A stretch of DNA of 64,000 bases from a bacterium (GTDB taxonomy: Bacteria; Patescibacteriota; Minisyncoccia; UBA6257; GWB1-50-10): the NCBI GenBank assembly GCA_021791395.1, contig JAJYWR010000002.1:17043-81042 (forward strand), in the 5' to 3' direction. Numbering within the stretch: the stretch's first letter is position 1; every line of letters starts with the position of its first letter. Positions 9,441 to 19,586 of this stretch are shown here, one piece after another. The notes under the pieces were generated by a model, which was not told where the DNA came from, did no database searches, and was given only the letters and a program-made list of their open reading frames with translations. The translations under genes and the position numbers were made by a program.

Positions 9441-9882
9441 TAAAATTGTGCAAGATCTAGAAAAGAGAGGTATCCAGCAAAAGAAAATTGGCTTAGGTAT
9501 TGTGGTCGTCGTCTTGATTGTTGCTGCTTATTTTCTTGGTGGAAGTTTGGACAGTGGTGCGCCTCTCATTGATAAATCCGGAGCTCCTAATCCGACTACA
9601 AATGTAATAACGAATACAGAAGTAAAAGCAACTACGGGACAAGTCGCTAAATTCTACAATGGGCAGGATGGTTATTCGGTGTCAATACCTAGTGGGAATA
9701 ATTCAACCTGTATATGGACCTGGGTTGATGGTAATGCTGCAATACCCTATACGACGACTACATATGCAAATAGTGCAGCGGAAAAACACACTATAGAAAT
9801 TTCTAATACTGCTTCTAATTGGGAAGTTACTTGCGTAGACGATTTTGGAAACCGATATGTTGGTATATTTCCATTACAATAA
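9430..9882 (+). CDS. Hypothetical secreted or membrane-anchored protein
   Basis: An N-terminal TM or signal anchor followed by a T/N-rich domain containing two Cys. It overlaps the previous ORF by 11 nt. Confidence 0.35.
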   Translation: MWYSKIVQDLEKRGIQQKKIGLGIVVVVLIVAAYFLGGSLDSGAPLIDKSGAPNPTTNVITNTEVKATTGQVAKFYNGQDGYSVSIPSGNNSTCIWTWVDGNAAIPYTTTTYANSAAEKHTIEISNTASNWEVTCVDDFGNRYVGIFPLQ

Positions 9883-9910
9883 AAGGCATTAGAAAGATTA
9901 AAATACATTT

Positions 9911-10708
9911 ATGAAAAAGGTTTTAATCTCGGCACTGGCATTAGCAATACTCATTCCATCTATTACCTACGCTGCATGGTGGAATCCTTTGACTTGGAAT
10001 TGGAATCCGGTTACATGGGTAACAGCGATCTTTGGTTCTCAAAAGAAACCCAGCCCGTCATCAAATACTACAACCACAGTGCCCGCGGTTCAGGGCGCAT
10101 CCTCCACGAGCAAAAATAGCGATAACACTCCCCGAAGGGCATCTGAAGCATCGAAACCAAAAGCAACAGAACCTACCTTACAAACCAATAGTCAAACGTC
10201 AGAAGCAAACCAACGGCAAGTAAACGCCCCCTCAGTTACACCGCCGCCCAACGCCACCCCATGTAATGGCTCTTATTATACAGCATGCCCAGTAGGGGGG
10301 GATTTTGTGTGTCCTGCTAACGGCGGCGATGCATATTGCCAACCGGGTCAGCAGCAGATGAATGCTGAAGCAGCTGCGCAAGCTCAAGCACAACAGGAAG
10401 CATATCAGCAACGCACAAATCAAATCAACGCCTTAACGCAACAATATAATGCAAGTAAGGCATCTTTAGATCAACAAGTAATCAACCTTAACCAGCAGGT
10501 CCTAGATATAAAAAATCAGTACTACAAAGATGTGGCAAACGTACCTCAACCCGGCATAAGTATTCAAGAGGCTAATGGGGAAATTCAACAATTAACTACC
10601 AGTGCAAATATGAAAATTGAGCAGATCAACTCGCAGATACAACAAGTACAAATTCAAGAACAACAACTCTATCTCAATTACAACTCACAGGTAAACTCAC
10701 TTCATTAG
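9911..10708 (+). CDS. Secreted Gln-rich coiled-coil protein
   Basis: A signal peptide (MKKVLISALALAILIPSITYA) is followed by an S/T/P low-complexity stretch, a Cys cluster (CNGSYYTACPVGGDFVCPANGGDAYC) and a long Q-rich heptad region. Confidence 0.4.
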   Translation: MKKVLISALALAILIPSITYAAWWNPLTWNWNPVTWVTAIFGSQKKPSPSSNTTTTVPAVQGASSTSKNSDNTPRRASEASKPKATEPTLQTNSQTSEANQRQVNAPSVTPPPNATPCNGSYYTACPVGGDFVCPANGGDAYCQPGQQQMNAEAAAQAQAQQEAYQQRTNQINALTQQYNASKASLDQQVINLNQQVLDIKNQYYKDVANVPQPGISIQEANGEIQQLTTSANMKIEQINSQIQQVQIQEQQLYLNYNSQVNSLH

Positions 10709-11032
10709 ATATGAAATGAGCAATTTACTTATATTAATAGTTCATCTATTTCCTGTCTTCTGAGAAGGAGCCACTCCTTAGGAGGATACCTTATCTTGTG
10801 AGCAAACCGTCTCGGAGGGTGAGCGGCATACATTAACCACCACGTCTCTTAGCGGGAGATATTGTTCCCGAGCGAGTATTGCCGGAGCGGGTTCGAAAAT
10901 CCGCGAGTGGAGCGCGTTATGAGCAAGGCCCCCCGCCGAATGGCGAGTTGGGTGGCGAATAGCGCTAGAACGAGCGAGATTTTAAACCGTGGAGGCCTAC
11001 GAGCGAGGGAATGATACCTCCTGCGCCCTCCT

Positions 11033-11059
11033 TTAGCGCTTGACACATCCGAGTGCTAA
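11033..11059 (+). promoter_or_regulatory. CIRCE operator (HrcA binding site)
   Basis: TTAGCGCTT-N9-GAGTGCTAA against the consensus TTAGCACTC-N9-GAGTGCTAA. It lies directly upstream of hrcA. Confidence 0.65.
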
Positions 11060-11068
11060 TATATAATA
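11040..11068 (+). promoter_or_regulatory. Sigma-70-type promoter (TTGACA-16-TATAAT) overlapping CIRCE
   Basis: cTTGACAcatccgagtgctaataTATAATag. Confidence 0.55.
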
Positions 11069-11076
11069 GTCGATAC

Positions 11077-11778
11077 ATGGAAAAGGATCGGACCAAAGAA
11101 ATCTTGAAAGCGGCCGTCGAGGACTACATCAAGACCGGCCGTCCCATCACCTCCGAAGGCCTCTACGAAGACCACAATTTCGGCATCAAGCCCGCCATGA
11201 TCCGGTGGGAGCTGAATGACCTCTCCGAAGACGGCTATTTCTACCAAACCCACCCTTCGGGCGGCAGGTTCCCGTCCGACAAGGCCTATCGGTTCTTCGT
11301 TGAGGAACTCGTGAGAGACGGCTTGAAGGCCCGGTATGCCGATGCCGGATACCGGAACTCGGTTTTAAAGTTTTTGAAAGGGGAAATGGATTCCTTCGTG
11401 GAAGACGTTTCCGATGAGCTCAGCATGCTCTCCGTTGGGTATGAGGCGAAGAAGAACGAGATGTGGACGAGCGGCCTCTACGAACTTTTGGATAATTTGG
11501 ACCTTTTAAATCGAGAAGAACTGGTCGATGTCGTGAAAGACGTCGAAATGCTTCCGGAAAAAATACGGACGGGATTTTGGAAAGACGAAGAGGATTGGCC
11601 GAAAGTGTTCATCGGCAAAAACCCATTCGTGCGGAGTAAGGAAGTCGCGGTCATAGCGAACTGCCTCAAAATCGACGGCGAAAACTTTCTGTTTCTCGCG
11701 ATCGGCCCGAAGCGGATGGATTATGCGAAGCCACTGGAGCTTTTTGAAATATTAAATAAGTCGGTCGAAGATAAATAA
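11077..11778 (+). CDS. hrcA: Heat-inducible transcription repressor HrcA (short form)
   Basis: N-terminal EILKAAVEDYIKTGRPITSEGL…AMIRWELNDLSEDGYF…SGGRFPSDKAYRFFV matches the HrcA winged-helix region. It sits behind CIRCE and before grpE-dnaK. The start is moved to the ATG at 11077 because 11053 lies inside the operator. Confidence 0.75.
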   Translation: MEKDRTKEILKAAVEDYIKTGRPITSEGLYEDHNFGIKPAMIRWELNDLSEDGYFYQTHPSGGRFPSDKAYRFFVEELVRDGLKARYADAGYRNSVLKFLKGEMDSFVEDVSDELSMLSVGYEAKKNEMWTSGLYELLDNLDLLNREELVDVVKDVEMLPEKIRTGFWKDEEDWPKVFIGKNPFVRSKEVAVIANCLKIDGENFLFLAIGPKRMDYAKPLELFEILNKSVEDK

Positions 11779-11783
11779 CCATT

Positions 11784-12278
11784 ATGGAAGAAGAAAACAA
11801 AAAAGAAGAAACGAAGATTGAGGAGACGGAGGTCGAGAAACTCACCAAGGAACGGGATGAGTACCTCGACGGATGGAAGCGGGCGAAGGCGGATCTCGCG
11901 AACTACAAGAAGGAAGAAGCGCAGCGGATGGAGCAGTTCGTGAAATACAGCACGCAAGCCGTCATCGCCGATCTCGTGACCGTTCTCGATAGCTTCGATC
12001 TGGGACTTTCCGTCATCAAGAGCGACGATCCGGCGCGAAAGGGAGTTATCCTCATCAAGAACCAGCTGGAAGACATTTTGAGACGATACGGGATGGAGCG
12101 AATCGAGACGAAAAAGGGAGAAGTGTTCGACCCCTCGATCCACGAAGCCGTCGAAACCGTCGAATCGGACGCGCCGCCGGGAACAATAGCGGATGAGCTT
12201 TCCCCGGGGTACCGGCTCCAAGGAAAGATTATCCGTCCGGCGAGAGTGAATGTTTCGAAACAAAAAGGTCAAGGTTAA
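11784..12278 (+). CDS. grpE: Nucleotide exchange factor GrpE
   Basis: Acidic N-terminus, KRAKADLANYKKE, and a C-terminal beta domain. Its position between hrcA and dnaK fits. Confidence 0.85.
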   Translation: MEEENKKEETKIEETEVEKLTKERDEYLDGWKRAKADLANYKKEEAQRMEQFVKYSTQAVIADLVTVLDSFDLGLSVIKSDDPARKGVILIKNQLEDILRRYGMERIETKKGEVFDPSIHEAVETVESDAPPGTIADELSPGYRLQGKIIRPARVNVSKQKGQG

Positions 12279-12305
12279 TGATAAAAACAAACAATAAACA
12301 AAATC

Positions 12306-14183
12306 ATGAGTAAAATATTAGGCATCGATTTAGGAACGACGAATTCGGCGATGGCCGTCGTCGAAGGCGGCGAGCCGAGAGTTCTCGAAAACGTCGAAGG
12401 AGTCAGGACGACGCCGTCCATCGTCGCGATATCAAAATCGAACGAACGGCTCGTGGGACTCCTCGCAAAGCGGCAGGCAGTCGTGAATCCGCAAAACACC
12501 ATCTTTTCGGTGAAGCGTTTGATTGGCCGGAAATTCAGTGATCCGGAGGTCCAGCGCGACAAAGCGTGGCTTCCGTACGAAATTAAGGAAGGCGCGAACG
12601 GCGGCGTCGAGATTAAGATGGCCGACCGGTGGTATAAACCAGAGGAAATTTCGGCCATGGTGCTCCAAAAACTCAAGGCTGATGCCGAAGCGAAGCTCGG
12701 CGAAAAGATAGACGAAGCCGTCATCACCGTGCCGGCGTATTTTGATGATTCACAGCGACAGGCGACCAAAAACGCCGGCGAGATCGCCGGATTCAAGGTC
12801 AGGAGGATTTTGAACGAACCGACGGCTGCCGCGTTGGCCTATGGCATGAATAAGCAGAAGAACGAAAAAATCGTCGTCTACGATTTCGGCGGCGGCACGT
12901 TCGACATCTCGATTCTCGAAGTGGGCGACGACACCGTGGAAGTCAAAGCAACCGGCGGCGACACGCACCTCGGGGGCGATGATTTCGACAAGACGATCAT
13001 GGAATACCTCGTTACCGAATATAAGAAACGGGAAGGCATCGATCTTTCGAAAGACACCTTGGCGCTCCAGCGCTTGAAAGAAGCGGCAGAACGCGCGAAA
13101 CACGAACTTTCGACGACTATGGAAACGGAAATCAACCTTCCGTATGTCACGTCGGATGCGAGCGGCCCGAAGCACTTCTTAATGAAACTTACGCGGGCGA
13201 AACTCGAGGACCTGGTGAAGGATATGATCAATCACTCGATCCAACTCGTGAAGGACGCGGTCGAGTCGCCATCGCCGAAAGGGGCGGGGATGAAACTCTC
13301 GGATATCAACGAAGTGCTCCTGGTCGGCGGCCAAACCCGAATGCCGGCCATCCAAGAAGCCGTGAAGAAGCTTTTCGGGAAAGATCCGCATCAGGGCATC
13401 AATCCCGATGAGGTCGTTGCCGTGGGAGCCGCCATCCAGGCGGGGATCCTCCAGGGCGACGTGAAGGACATCCTGCTTCTCGACGTGACGCCTTTGACCT
13501 TGAGCATTGAAACTCTCGGGGGCGTCGCGACTCCCATGATTCAGAAGAACACGACGGTCCCAACGGCGAAAACGCAAGTTTTTTCGACAGCCGCCGACAA
13601 TCAAACGTCGGTTGAAGTCCACGTGGGACAGGGGGAACGGCCGATGATGGCGGACAATAAAACGCTTGCCCGGTTCATTTTGGACGGCATCCCGCCCGCT
13701 TCGCGCGGCGTTCCGCAGGTTGAGGTGACGTTCGATATCGACGCGAACGGCATTTTGACCGTGAAAGCGAAAGACAAAGCGACAAACAAGGAGCAATCGG
13801 TGAAAATCGAAGCTTCGACAAGCTTGAATAAGGATGAAATAGAACGCTTGAAAAAAGAAGCGGCTGAACATGCGGCCGAGGATGAACGCAAGAAAGAACT
13901 GGCGGAACTCCGGAATCAGGCCGAAATGTCGGTCTATCAGGCGGAAAAGTCTCTGAAGGATGCCGAGGGGAAAGTGAGCGATGACGTTAAGAACGCCGTC
14001 ACAGAAAAATTGAACAAGGTCAAAGAGGTGAAGGACGGAACCGACGCGGAAGCTATCAAGAAAGCACTCGCCGAACTTTCTTCGGAACTCCAAAAAATAG
14101 GGGAAGCGATGTATACTAAGAAGGAAGAACCCAATCAGGGAGAGCAAAACCCCAATGGAACCGAACCTTCAAGTAGTCAGTGA
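12306..14183 (+). CDS. dnaK: Chaperone DnaK (Hsp70)
   Basis: [26 protein letters not shown] and the other Hsp70 signatures. 625 aa. Confidence 0.95.
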   Translation: MSKILGIDLGTTNSAMAVVEGGEPRVLENVEGVRTTPSIVAISKSNERLVGLLAKRQAVVNPQNTIFSVKRLIGRKFSDPEVQRDKAWLPYEIKEGANGGVEIKMADRWYKPEEISAMVLQKLKADAEAKLGEKIDEAVITVPAYFDDSQRQATKNAGEIAGFKVRRILNEPTAAALAYGMNKQKNEKIVVYDFGGGTFDISILEVGDDTVEVKATGGDTHLGGDDFDKTIMEYLVTEYKKREGIDLSKDTLALQRLKEAAERAKHELSTTMETEINLPYVTSDASGPKHFLMKLTRAKLEDLVKDMINHSIQLVKDAVESPSPKGAGMKLSDINEVLLVGGQTRMPAIQEAVKKLFGKDPHQGINPDEVVAVGAAIQAGILQGDVKDILLLDVTPLTLSIETLGGVATPMIQKNTTVPTAKTQVFSTAADNQTSVEVHVGQGERPMMADNKTLARFILDGIPPASRGVPQVEVTFDIDANGILTVKAKDKATNKEQSVKIEASTSLNKDEIERLKKEAAEHAAEDERKKELAELRNQAEMSVYQAEKSLKDAEGKVSDDVKNAVTEKLNKVKEVKDGTDAEAIKKALAELSSELQKIGEAMYTKKEEPNQGEQNPNGTEPSSSQ

Positions 14184-15213
14184 ATCGCCGGAGGCCGATG
14201 AGGATCGGAAGTGGTGGAAAATATTCCTCATGGCCGTTTTGGGTATCGGGGCAAGCCTTGAGGCGTTCCATTACTTCAACATCTTTCTGACTAATCTCAA
14301 TGCGTCCGATTTTTGGCTGTTCGTCGCTTGCTTTGTGTTACTGCTCATCTTTTCGCTTCTCGAGGTTCTTTTTGTGAAGGGCGTTTGGAAGATATTCTTC
14401 CTGGGCTTTTTTCAAACCTGCGTTCCGATCGTTCTTTTCATCAATCGCTTTGCCGTTTCGAATTCCAATGACGTGAGGATTTTGATCTTAGGATTCCTCA
14501 TAGGTTTTTACTTTGTTTTTCTCGGCATGCACCGGGGCCGGCGATTGATTCAAAACGCCATGAAACTGCGCTTCTTCGACGTATCGAGACGGATGCTTCC
14601 GCGAGTGGCTTCCGGTATGCTTATCGTCGTTTCGGTCATTCTTTATCTCAGCTACTTTTCGTGGGGTGTTGCTCCCGCCGATATCGGCATGAAGATCACC
14701 GACGGGATCGTTTCCGATATGAAACCGTTTTCGGGTATCATCGTACCGGGCGCAACCATCGATCCACAGCAAAATATGGGCGACTTGATCAAAAGCATCG
14801 CGCTTCAAAAACTCGAATCGTCCAAGATAACGGTGCAAGATCAAAATCGAAGCGTAAGCGTCACTTACGCAAGCTTGCCACCAGATTATCAAGCGAAAGT
14901 GCTGAACGACGTCATGGGTGGAATAAACGGAGGTCTCCAGAGCCAATTCAGTTTCTTCAATTCGAACCAAACCGTCGGAGCATTCGTTTTCGGCGTAGCA
15001 AACGAATATTTTGCCAAACTCAATTCGTTCTTAGGTCCATATACTTCGATTCTCATTATCGCGATTCTTTTCTTTTTGGCGAAAGGAACGCTTGCCGTAT
15101 TTTATTGGTTGATAGAATTTTTGGCATTCGTTTTATTCAAAATATTGATCGTTTTCGGGTTCGCTTATGTAAATCTTGAAACGAGGACCAGAGAATTTCT
15201 CCTCCTGAGTTAG
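14155..15213 (+). CDS. Hypothetical polytopic membrane protein between dnaK and dnaJ
   Basis: Multiple TM helices. The alternative start at 14230 (MAVLGIG) would avoid overlapping dnaK. Confidence 0.4.
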   Translation: MEPNLQVVSESPEADEDRKWWKIFLMAVLGIGASLEAFHYFNIFLTNLNASDFWLFVACFVLLLIFSLLEVLFVKGVWKIFFLGFFQTCVPIVLFINRFAVSNSNDVRILILGFLIGFYFVFLGMHRGRRLIQNAMKLRFFDVSRRMLPRVASGMLIVVSVILYLSYFSWGVAPADIGMKITDGIVSDMKPFSGIIVPGATIDPQQNMGDLIKSIALQKLESSKITVQDQNRSVSVTYASLPPDYQAKVLNDVMGGINGGLQSQFSFFNSNQTVGAFVFGVANEYFAKLNSFLGPYTSILIIAILFFLAKGTLAVFYWLIEFLAFVLFKILIVFGFAYVNLETRTREFLLLS

Positions 15214-15222
15214 AAAAATAAA

Positions 15223-16317
15223 ATGAAGGACTATTACAAAACATTGGGCGTTCCGAAAGGCGCCTCAGAGGAAGATATTAAAAAAGCATACCGGAAACTC
15301 GCGCACCAGTACCATCCGGACAAGCCCGGAGGTGATGAAGCGAAGTTCAAGGAGATCAACGAGGCCTATCAAATCCTCTCAAACAAAGAAAAACGGGCTC
15401 AATACGACCAGTTCGGCCAGGTCTTCGAAGGAGGGGCCGCGCCGCAGGGAGGATGGAATCCGTTCGAGGGGGCTCAGGGATTCGGCGGATTCGGTGCAAA
15501 TGCCGGTTTCGACGTTGATTTGGGAGATATTTTTGAGGGGATTTTCGGCGGACCGTTCGGTGGTGCGGCCCGAAAGGTTGATCGCAAAGGAGCGGATGTT
15601 GAAGTCGCGATCCAAATCACCTTGGAAGATGCATTCCGAGGCTTGAGACGGGATATAAGTTTTAAAACATTCGTGGAATGCCAAATTTGTAAGGGATTGG
15701 GGTATGACAAGTCGAAGGGCACGAAAAAATGTACGACATGCGGCGGCAAGGGACAGGTGCGGGTGGAACGAAGAACATTCTTCGGTAATTTTGCGCAGGT
15801 AAGAGCCTGCTCGGTATGCGACGGAAAGGGGGAAGTCCCCAACGCGCCATGCAGCACCTGTAAGGGAGAAGGGAGGATTTATTCAACGAAGGCGGTTCCT
15901 GTGACCATTGCTCCCGGCATCGAAGACGGTCACGTGATAAAGGTGAGCGGCGGGGGTGAAGCGGGCGCAAAAGGAGGTCCGAGCGGGGATCTATATGTGA
16001 TCGTAAAAGTTTCGTCTGACGCCCGCTTCGAGCGCAAGGGAAGCGATCTCTATACGGTGAAAGATGTTAGTTTACGGGACGTGCTTCTTCAGAAAGAAAT
16101 GCCGATGACGGATGTTGGCGGAGAAAGATTCACCGTTTCCATACCGGCAGGTTTTTCTTTAAAAGAAAAAATGAAAATATCACGGCGCGGCATGCCGAAA
16201 TTCGGCTTCGGCGGACGAGGTGATCTCTATCTTACATTCAACTTGAAAACGCCGAAATCGATATCATCTAAAGTAAAAAAACTCATCGAGGAATTGGGCG
16301 ATGAGTTGGAAGGATAG
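15223..16317 (+). CDS. dnaJ: Chaperone DnaJ
   Basis: J-domain with HPD ([12 protein letters not shown]), a G/F-rich region and four CxxCxGxG zinc-finger repeats. Confidence 0.9.
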   Translation: MKDYYKTLGVPKGASEEDIKKAYRKLAHQYHPDKPGGDEAKFKEINEAYQILSNKEKRAQYDQFGQVFEGGAAPQGGWNPFEGAQGFGGFGANAGFDVDLGDIFEGIFGGPFGGAARKVDRKGADVEVAIQITLEDAFRGLRRDISFKTFVECQICKGLGYDKSKGTKKCTTCGGKGQVRVERRTFFGNFAQVRACSVCDGKGEVPNAPCSTCKGEGRIYSTKAVPVTIAPGIEDGHVIKVSGGGEAGAKGGPSGDLYVIVKVSSDARFERKGSDLYTVKDVSLRDVLLQKEMPMTDVGGERFTVSIPAGFSLKEKMKISRRGMPKFGFGGRGDLYLTFNLKTPKSISSKVKKLIEELGDELEG

Positions 16318-17449
16318 TATGAACACTGTGGAAAAAATTTGGAGTGTTGAGGGGTTTCTTGATCATGTGAACGAAATTCTGTCCGATGACAAAGCCTCTA
16401 TCGTCGGCGAAGTGAGCGAACTTCGAAAACACCCGACCGGTTTTTATTTTTCCCTAAAGGACAACGAAGGCGGCAGCGGCATCTTGCAGTGTTATTTGAG
16501 TCCTTGGAAGGCGCGGAGCTTCGGGATTGATTTCGAAGAAGGATTTTTAATCAAGGCGCGCGGAACACCCTCCATCTACAAACCCAGGGGCAGCTTCAGC
16601 TTCGTCGTGGAGGAGGTCGAGTTGGTGGGCGAGGGGTCCCTCAAAAAAGCCTATGAACTCCTGAAGGAGAAGCTTGAAAAAGAAGGACTTTTTGTGAGGA
16701 AACGGGAGTTACCGCAGTTCATAACCTCGATCGGCGTCATTACGTCGAAAACCGGAGCTGTCATCGACGACTTCAGAAAAAATCTGAAGAAACTTGGGTT
16801 CAAGGTTTTCCTGTATGACTCGCGTGTTGAGGGGGCGCAAGCGGTCCCCATGATCGCGGCAGGCGTCGATTATTTCAATGCAGCGTCGGTAAATCCCGTT
16901 GATATTCTCGTTATCATTCGGGGCGGAGGTAGCTTGGAAGATCTTCAAGCATTCAACAACGAACTCGTCGCGAGAAAGATATTCTCGTCCCACATTCCCA
17001 CCCTCTGCGGCATCGGACACGACCGGGACGTTCCGATCGCGAGTTTGGTGTGTGATAAGGCAGTTTCAACCCCCTCCATGGCTGCCGAAATGGTGAATGC
17101 TTCATGGGACGGTCTGTTTCTTGATTTGCCTGTTGCGGCGCACCGCCTTGTGTCACTCTTTGAGGTGGTCATTGTCCGCGAAATGAATGCTTTGGAAATG
17201 TTTGCGAGGCCTCTCGCGAGCCGCTTTGCTTCAGTCGTGGAAGGTATACGGGAAAAACTGGAGAATATTTCAACCTACTTACGGGCGGCGGATCCCATGC
17301 GGAATTTGAAGCTTGGGTACAGCGTCGTTTTTGACGGAGAGGGAAAGGTTGTGAAGGACGTCCGATTTTTAAAAAAAGGTGATACAATAAAAACCAAGCT
17401 ATACCAGGGATCGGTCGAAAGCGAAATTTCAAGGGTCGACGGAGAGTAA
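16301..17449 (+). CDS. xseA: Exodeoxyribonuclease VII large subunit
   Basis: An N-terminal OB fold is followed by [16 protein letters not shown], matching the RIGVITSPTGAA motif. It overlaps the dnaJ stop by 17 nt. Confidence 0.8.
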   Translation: MSWKDSMNTVEKIWSVEGFLDHVNEILSDDKASIVGEVSELRKHPTGFYFSLKDNEGGSGILQCYLSPWKARSFGIDFEEGFLIKARGTPSIYKPRGSFSFVVEEVELVGEGSLKKAYELLKEKLEKEGLFVRKRELPQFITSIGVITSKTGAVIDDFRKNLKKLGFKVFLYDSRVEGAQAVPMIAAGVDYFNAASVNPVDILVIIRGGGSLEDLQAFNNELVARKIFSSHIPTLCGIGHDRDVPIASLVCDKAVSTPSMAAEMVNASWDGLFLDLPVAAHRLVSLFEVVIVREMNALEMFARPLASRFASVVEGIREKLENISTYLRAADPMRNLKLGYSVVFDGEGKVVKDVRFLKKGDTIKTKLYQGSVESEISRVDGE

Positions 17450-17454
17450 CAATC

Positions 17455-17664
17455 ATGCCGGCAAAAAAAGAAAAAGGTAAAATAACAGAAGATCTCGAGA
17501 AACTCAAAAAAATTGTGGAATGGTTTGAATCGCGCGATGAAGTCGACGTGGAGGAAGGATTGAGTAAGGTGAAGGAGGGATCGGAGATCGTCAAGCGCTT
17601 GAAAGTGCGTATGGCCGAGATTGAAAATGAATTTGAGGTAGTAAAGGAAGACTTGGAACGATAA
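17455..17664 (+). CDS. xseB: Exodeoxyribonuclease VII small subunit
   Basis: 69-aa helical protein immediately after xseA (LEKLKKIVEWFESRDEVDVEEGL…). Confidence 0.7.
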   Translation: MPAKKEKGKITEDLEKLKKIVEWFESRDEVDVEEGLSKVKEGSEIVKRLKVRMAEIENEFEVVKEDLER

Positions 17665-17665
17665 C

Positions 17666-17992
17666 ATGGCGAATATCTCAATAGAACAATTCAAGGAGGT
17701 TGATCTCCGCGTGGCGAGAATAACTGCTGCCGAGCGAGTGGAGGGAACCGATAAACTTTTGAAGCTGCAGCTCGATTTGGGGGATGAACAACGGCAGATC
17801 GTTTCCGGGATCGCCGAAAAATACGCCCCCGAAGATCTTGTCGGGCGTGAGATTATTATCGTTTACAATTTGGAACCGAAATCCCTCAAAGGCATCGAAA
17901 GCCAGGGGATGCTTCTCGCGGCATCCGGCGATGGATTTATTTCGCTCCTTGCGCCCGACCAGGAAGTCCCGCCGGGAAGCAGGATCCATTGA
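17666..17992 (+). CDS. tRNA-binding domain protein (CsaA/Trbp111-like OB fold)
   Basis: DLRVARITAAERVEGTDKLLKLQLDLGDEQRQIVSGI resembles the MetRS C-terminal/CsaA tRNA-binding domain. Confidence 0.6.
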   Translation: MANISIEQFKEVDLRVARITAAERVEGTDKLLKLQLDLGDEQRQIVSGIAEKYAPEDLVGREIIIVYNLEPKSLKGIESQGMLLAASGDGFISLLAPDQEVPPGSRIH

Positions 17993-17995
17993 AAC

Positions 17996-18280
17996 ATGAA
18001 TAGATTGTTTAGGATTCTCTTCGATGCGCTGGGAAAAATTCTCATATTGGTGGAGTCAGTTTTAGGCGTGCGGTTCGTGTTGAGGTTCTTAAATGCCAAC
18101 CCCGCGGCGGAGATCATGAAGCTGTTCTACGCGGTGACCAATTTCCTCATTGCGCCGTTCGAGGGGATCTTCCATGAAATAACCGTATTCGGCGGCGTCG
18201 TGGACACCGTCATCCTATCAGCCGCGATCGCGTATACCCTGGTCTTTTTCATCCTAAAAGCGATATTCGTAAGGAGATAG
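17996..18280 (+). CDS. YggT-family small membrane protein
   Basis: 94 aa with two TM helices. The NP..E..K.FY.VT…PF…G..D.S.L pattern is YggT-like. Confidence 0.45.
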   Translation: MNRLFRILFDALGKILILVESVLGVRFVLRFLNANPAAEIMKLFYAVTNFLIAPFEGIFHEITVFGGVVDTVILSAAIAYTLVFFILKAIFVRR

Positions 18281-18319
18281 AAAATAAAAAAGCGCCTCGT
18301 GAAGAAACGCTCTTTTTTG

Positions 18320-18403
18320 TGGCCAGGGGGGGATTTGAACCCCCACGCCCTTGCGAGCACGGGATTTTGAGTCCCGATTGTCTGCCAGTTCCAACACCTG
18401 GCC
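18320..18403 (-). tRNA. tRNA-Leu (anticodon CAA)
   Basis: The reverse complement reads GGCCAGGTGTTGGAACTGGCAGACAATCGGGACTCAAAATCCCGTGCTCGCAAGGGCGTGGGGGTTCAAATCCCCCCCTGGCCA. It has a 7-bp acceptor stem, anticodon loop CTCAAAA, a long variable arm and T-loop TTCAAAT. It is near-identical in its arms to enterobacterial tRNA-Leu. CCA is not encoded. Confidence 0.85.
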
Positions 18404-18451
18404 AACTCTGTGCGTTGAGAATACCATAGAAAAACGCTATAGTAAATATCA

Positions 18452-19276
18452 ATGGCGCGCGTAATGGCAGTCTGCAACCAAAAGGGGGGCGTCGGTAAGA
18501 CGACCACCTCGATGAACCTCGCCGCGTACTTGGCGATGTTTGGCAAGAAGACACTTCTCATTGATTTCGATCCGCAATACAATTCGACATCCGGCTTGGG
18601 GGTGAAATTTCCGTCGGAAGAAACGATTTATCACGCGCTTTTGGCCGGCGTCGCGCCCGAGCGGGTTATCAAGCCGAGCTACCTCTCCAACCTGGAAATC
18701 ATTCCGGCATCGCCCGATTTGGCCGGTGCGCTCGTCGAACTCGTGAATCTTCCCGAGCGGGAATGGTACCTCAGGAAATTTACGGAGAAGGTAAGTCCGT
18801 GGTACGATTTCGTCGTCATCGATTCGGGTCCGAATTTGAATCTCTTGACGGTGAACGCGCTCGTCGCGGCCGATGAAATCCTTGTTCCCATCCAATGCGA
18901 ATATTTCAGCCTTGAGGGATTATCGCAGCTTTTGGATACCGTGAACCTCATTAAAACCAATCTGGAGCACGACGTGAAGAGCGTGAGTGCTCTCCTTACG
19001 ATGTATGACAAACGGGAGCGCCTGTCGCGGGAGATTGCGCGGGAAATCCGCAAACGCTTCCCCGATTACGTGTACGAAGTGGAAATCCCGCGGTCTGTCG
19101 CCTTGGCGGAAGCGCCGAGTTTTCAAAAGCCCATCATGCTCTACGCCCCGCAGAGCCCCGGCGCCTTGGCGTACGAGCGCTTGGCGCGCGAAATCATCGA
19201 GGGAAAGCGCTTGACGGCGAATTCCGAATATGGTGAAGAAATCCACCCGCAGCACCCTTTTGACATCGTGCGGTGA
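18452..19276 (+). CDS. parA: Chromosome partitioning ATPase ParA/Soj
   Basis: Deviant Walker A AVCNQKGGVGKTTT. 274 aa. Confidence 0.85.
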   Translation: MARVMAVCNQKGGVGKTTTSMNLAAYLAMFGKKTLLIDFDPQYNSTSGLGVKFPSEETIYHALLAGVAPERVIKPSYLSNLEIIPASPDLAGALVELVNLPEREWYLRKFTEKVSPWYDFVVIDSGPNLNLLTVNALVAADEILVPIQCEYFSLEGLSQLLDTVNLIKTNLEHDVKSVSALLTMYDKRERLSREIAREIRKRFPDYVYEVEIPRSVALAEAPSFQKPIMLYAPQSPGALAYERLAREIIEGKRLTANSEYGEEIHPQHPFDIVR

Positions 19277-19586
19277 TATGCTATTATTTTTCTCGGAACG
19301 CACTGTTCTTGAGATATTGAGGGAGTAATCATATGCGGCCGCTTTGGTTGCGACTTTGGTGTCTCGGGCGCGGCGCGGACCACGTCTAGACGTTTGCTAA
19401 TGCGGAGGTTGATGGAGTTCCAAGAGCTGATCTTGAACCGATACTGCGAGGTGCTCTTTATTTATTTACTCTCGTAGTAAAATCGGTGACGGGTTGGTTC
19501 ACGGGGCTTCGGTTCGCCTCCGTTTTAGTTTTTAAAAATTGGTCCGCCAACTGGCGGATAAAAGTTAAAAATTATATTATAAGAAC

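Noticed and set aside
13179-14147. 322-aa ORF on the minus strand inside dnaK. Similar antisense ORFs lie at 12275–12796 and 12750–13175.
   Set aside because: They lie entirely antisense to a highly conserved Hsp70 gene. Their translations are Arg/Phe/Leu-rich with no motifs, typical of a reverse-frame artefact of GC-rich coding DNA.
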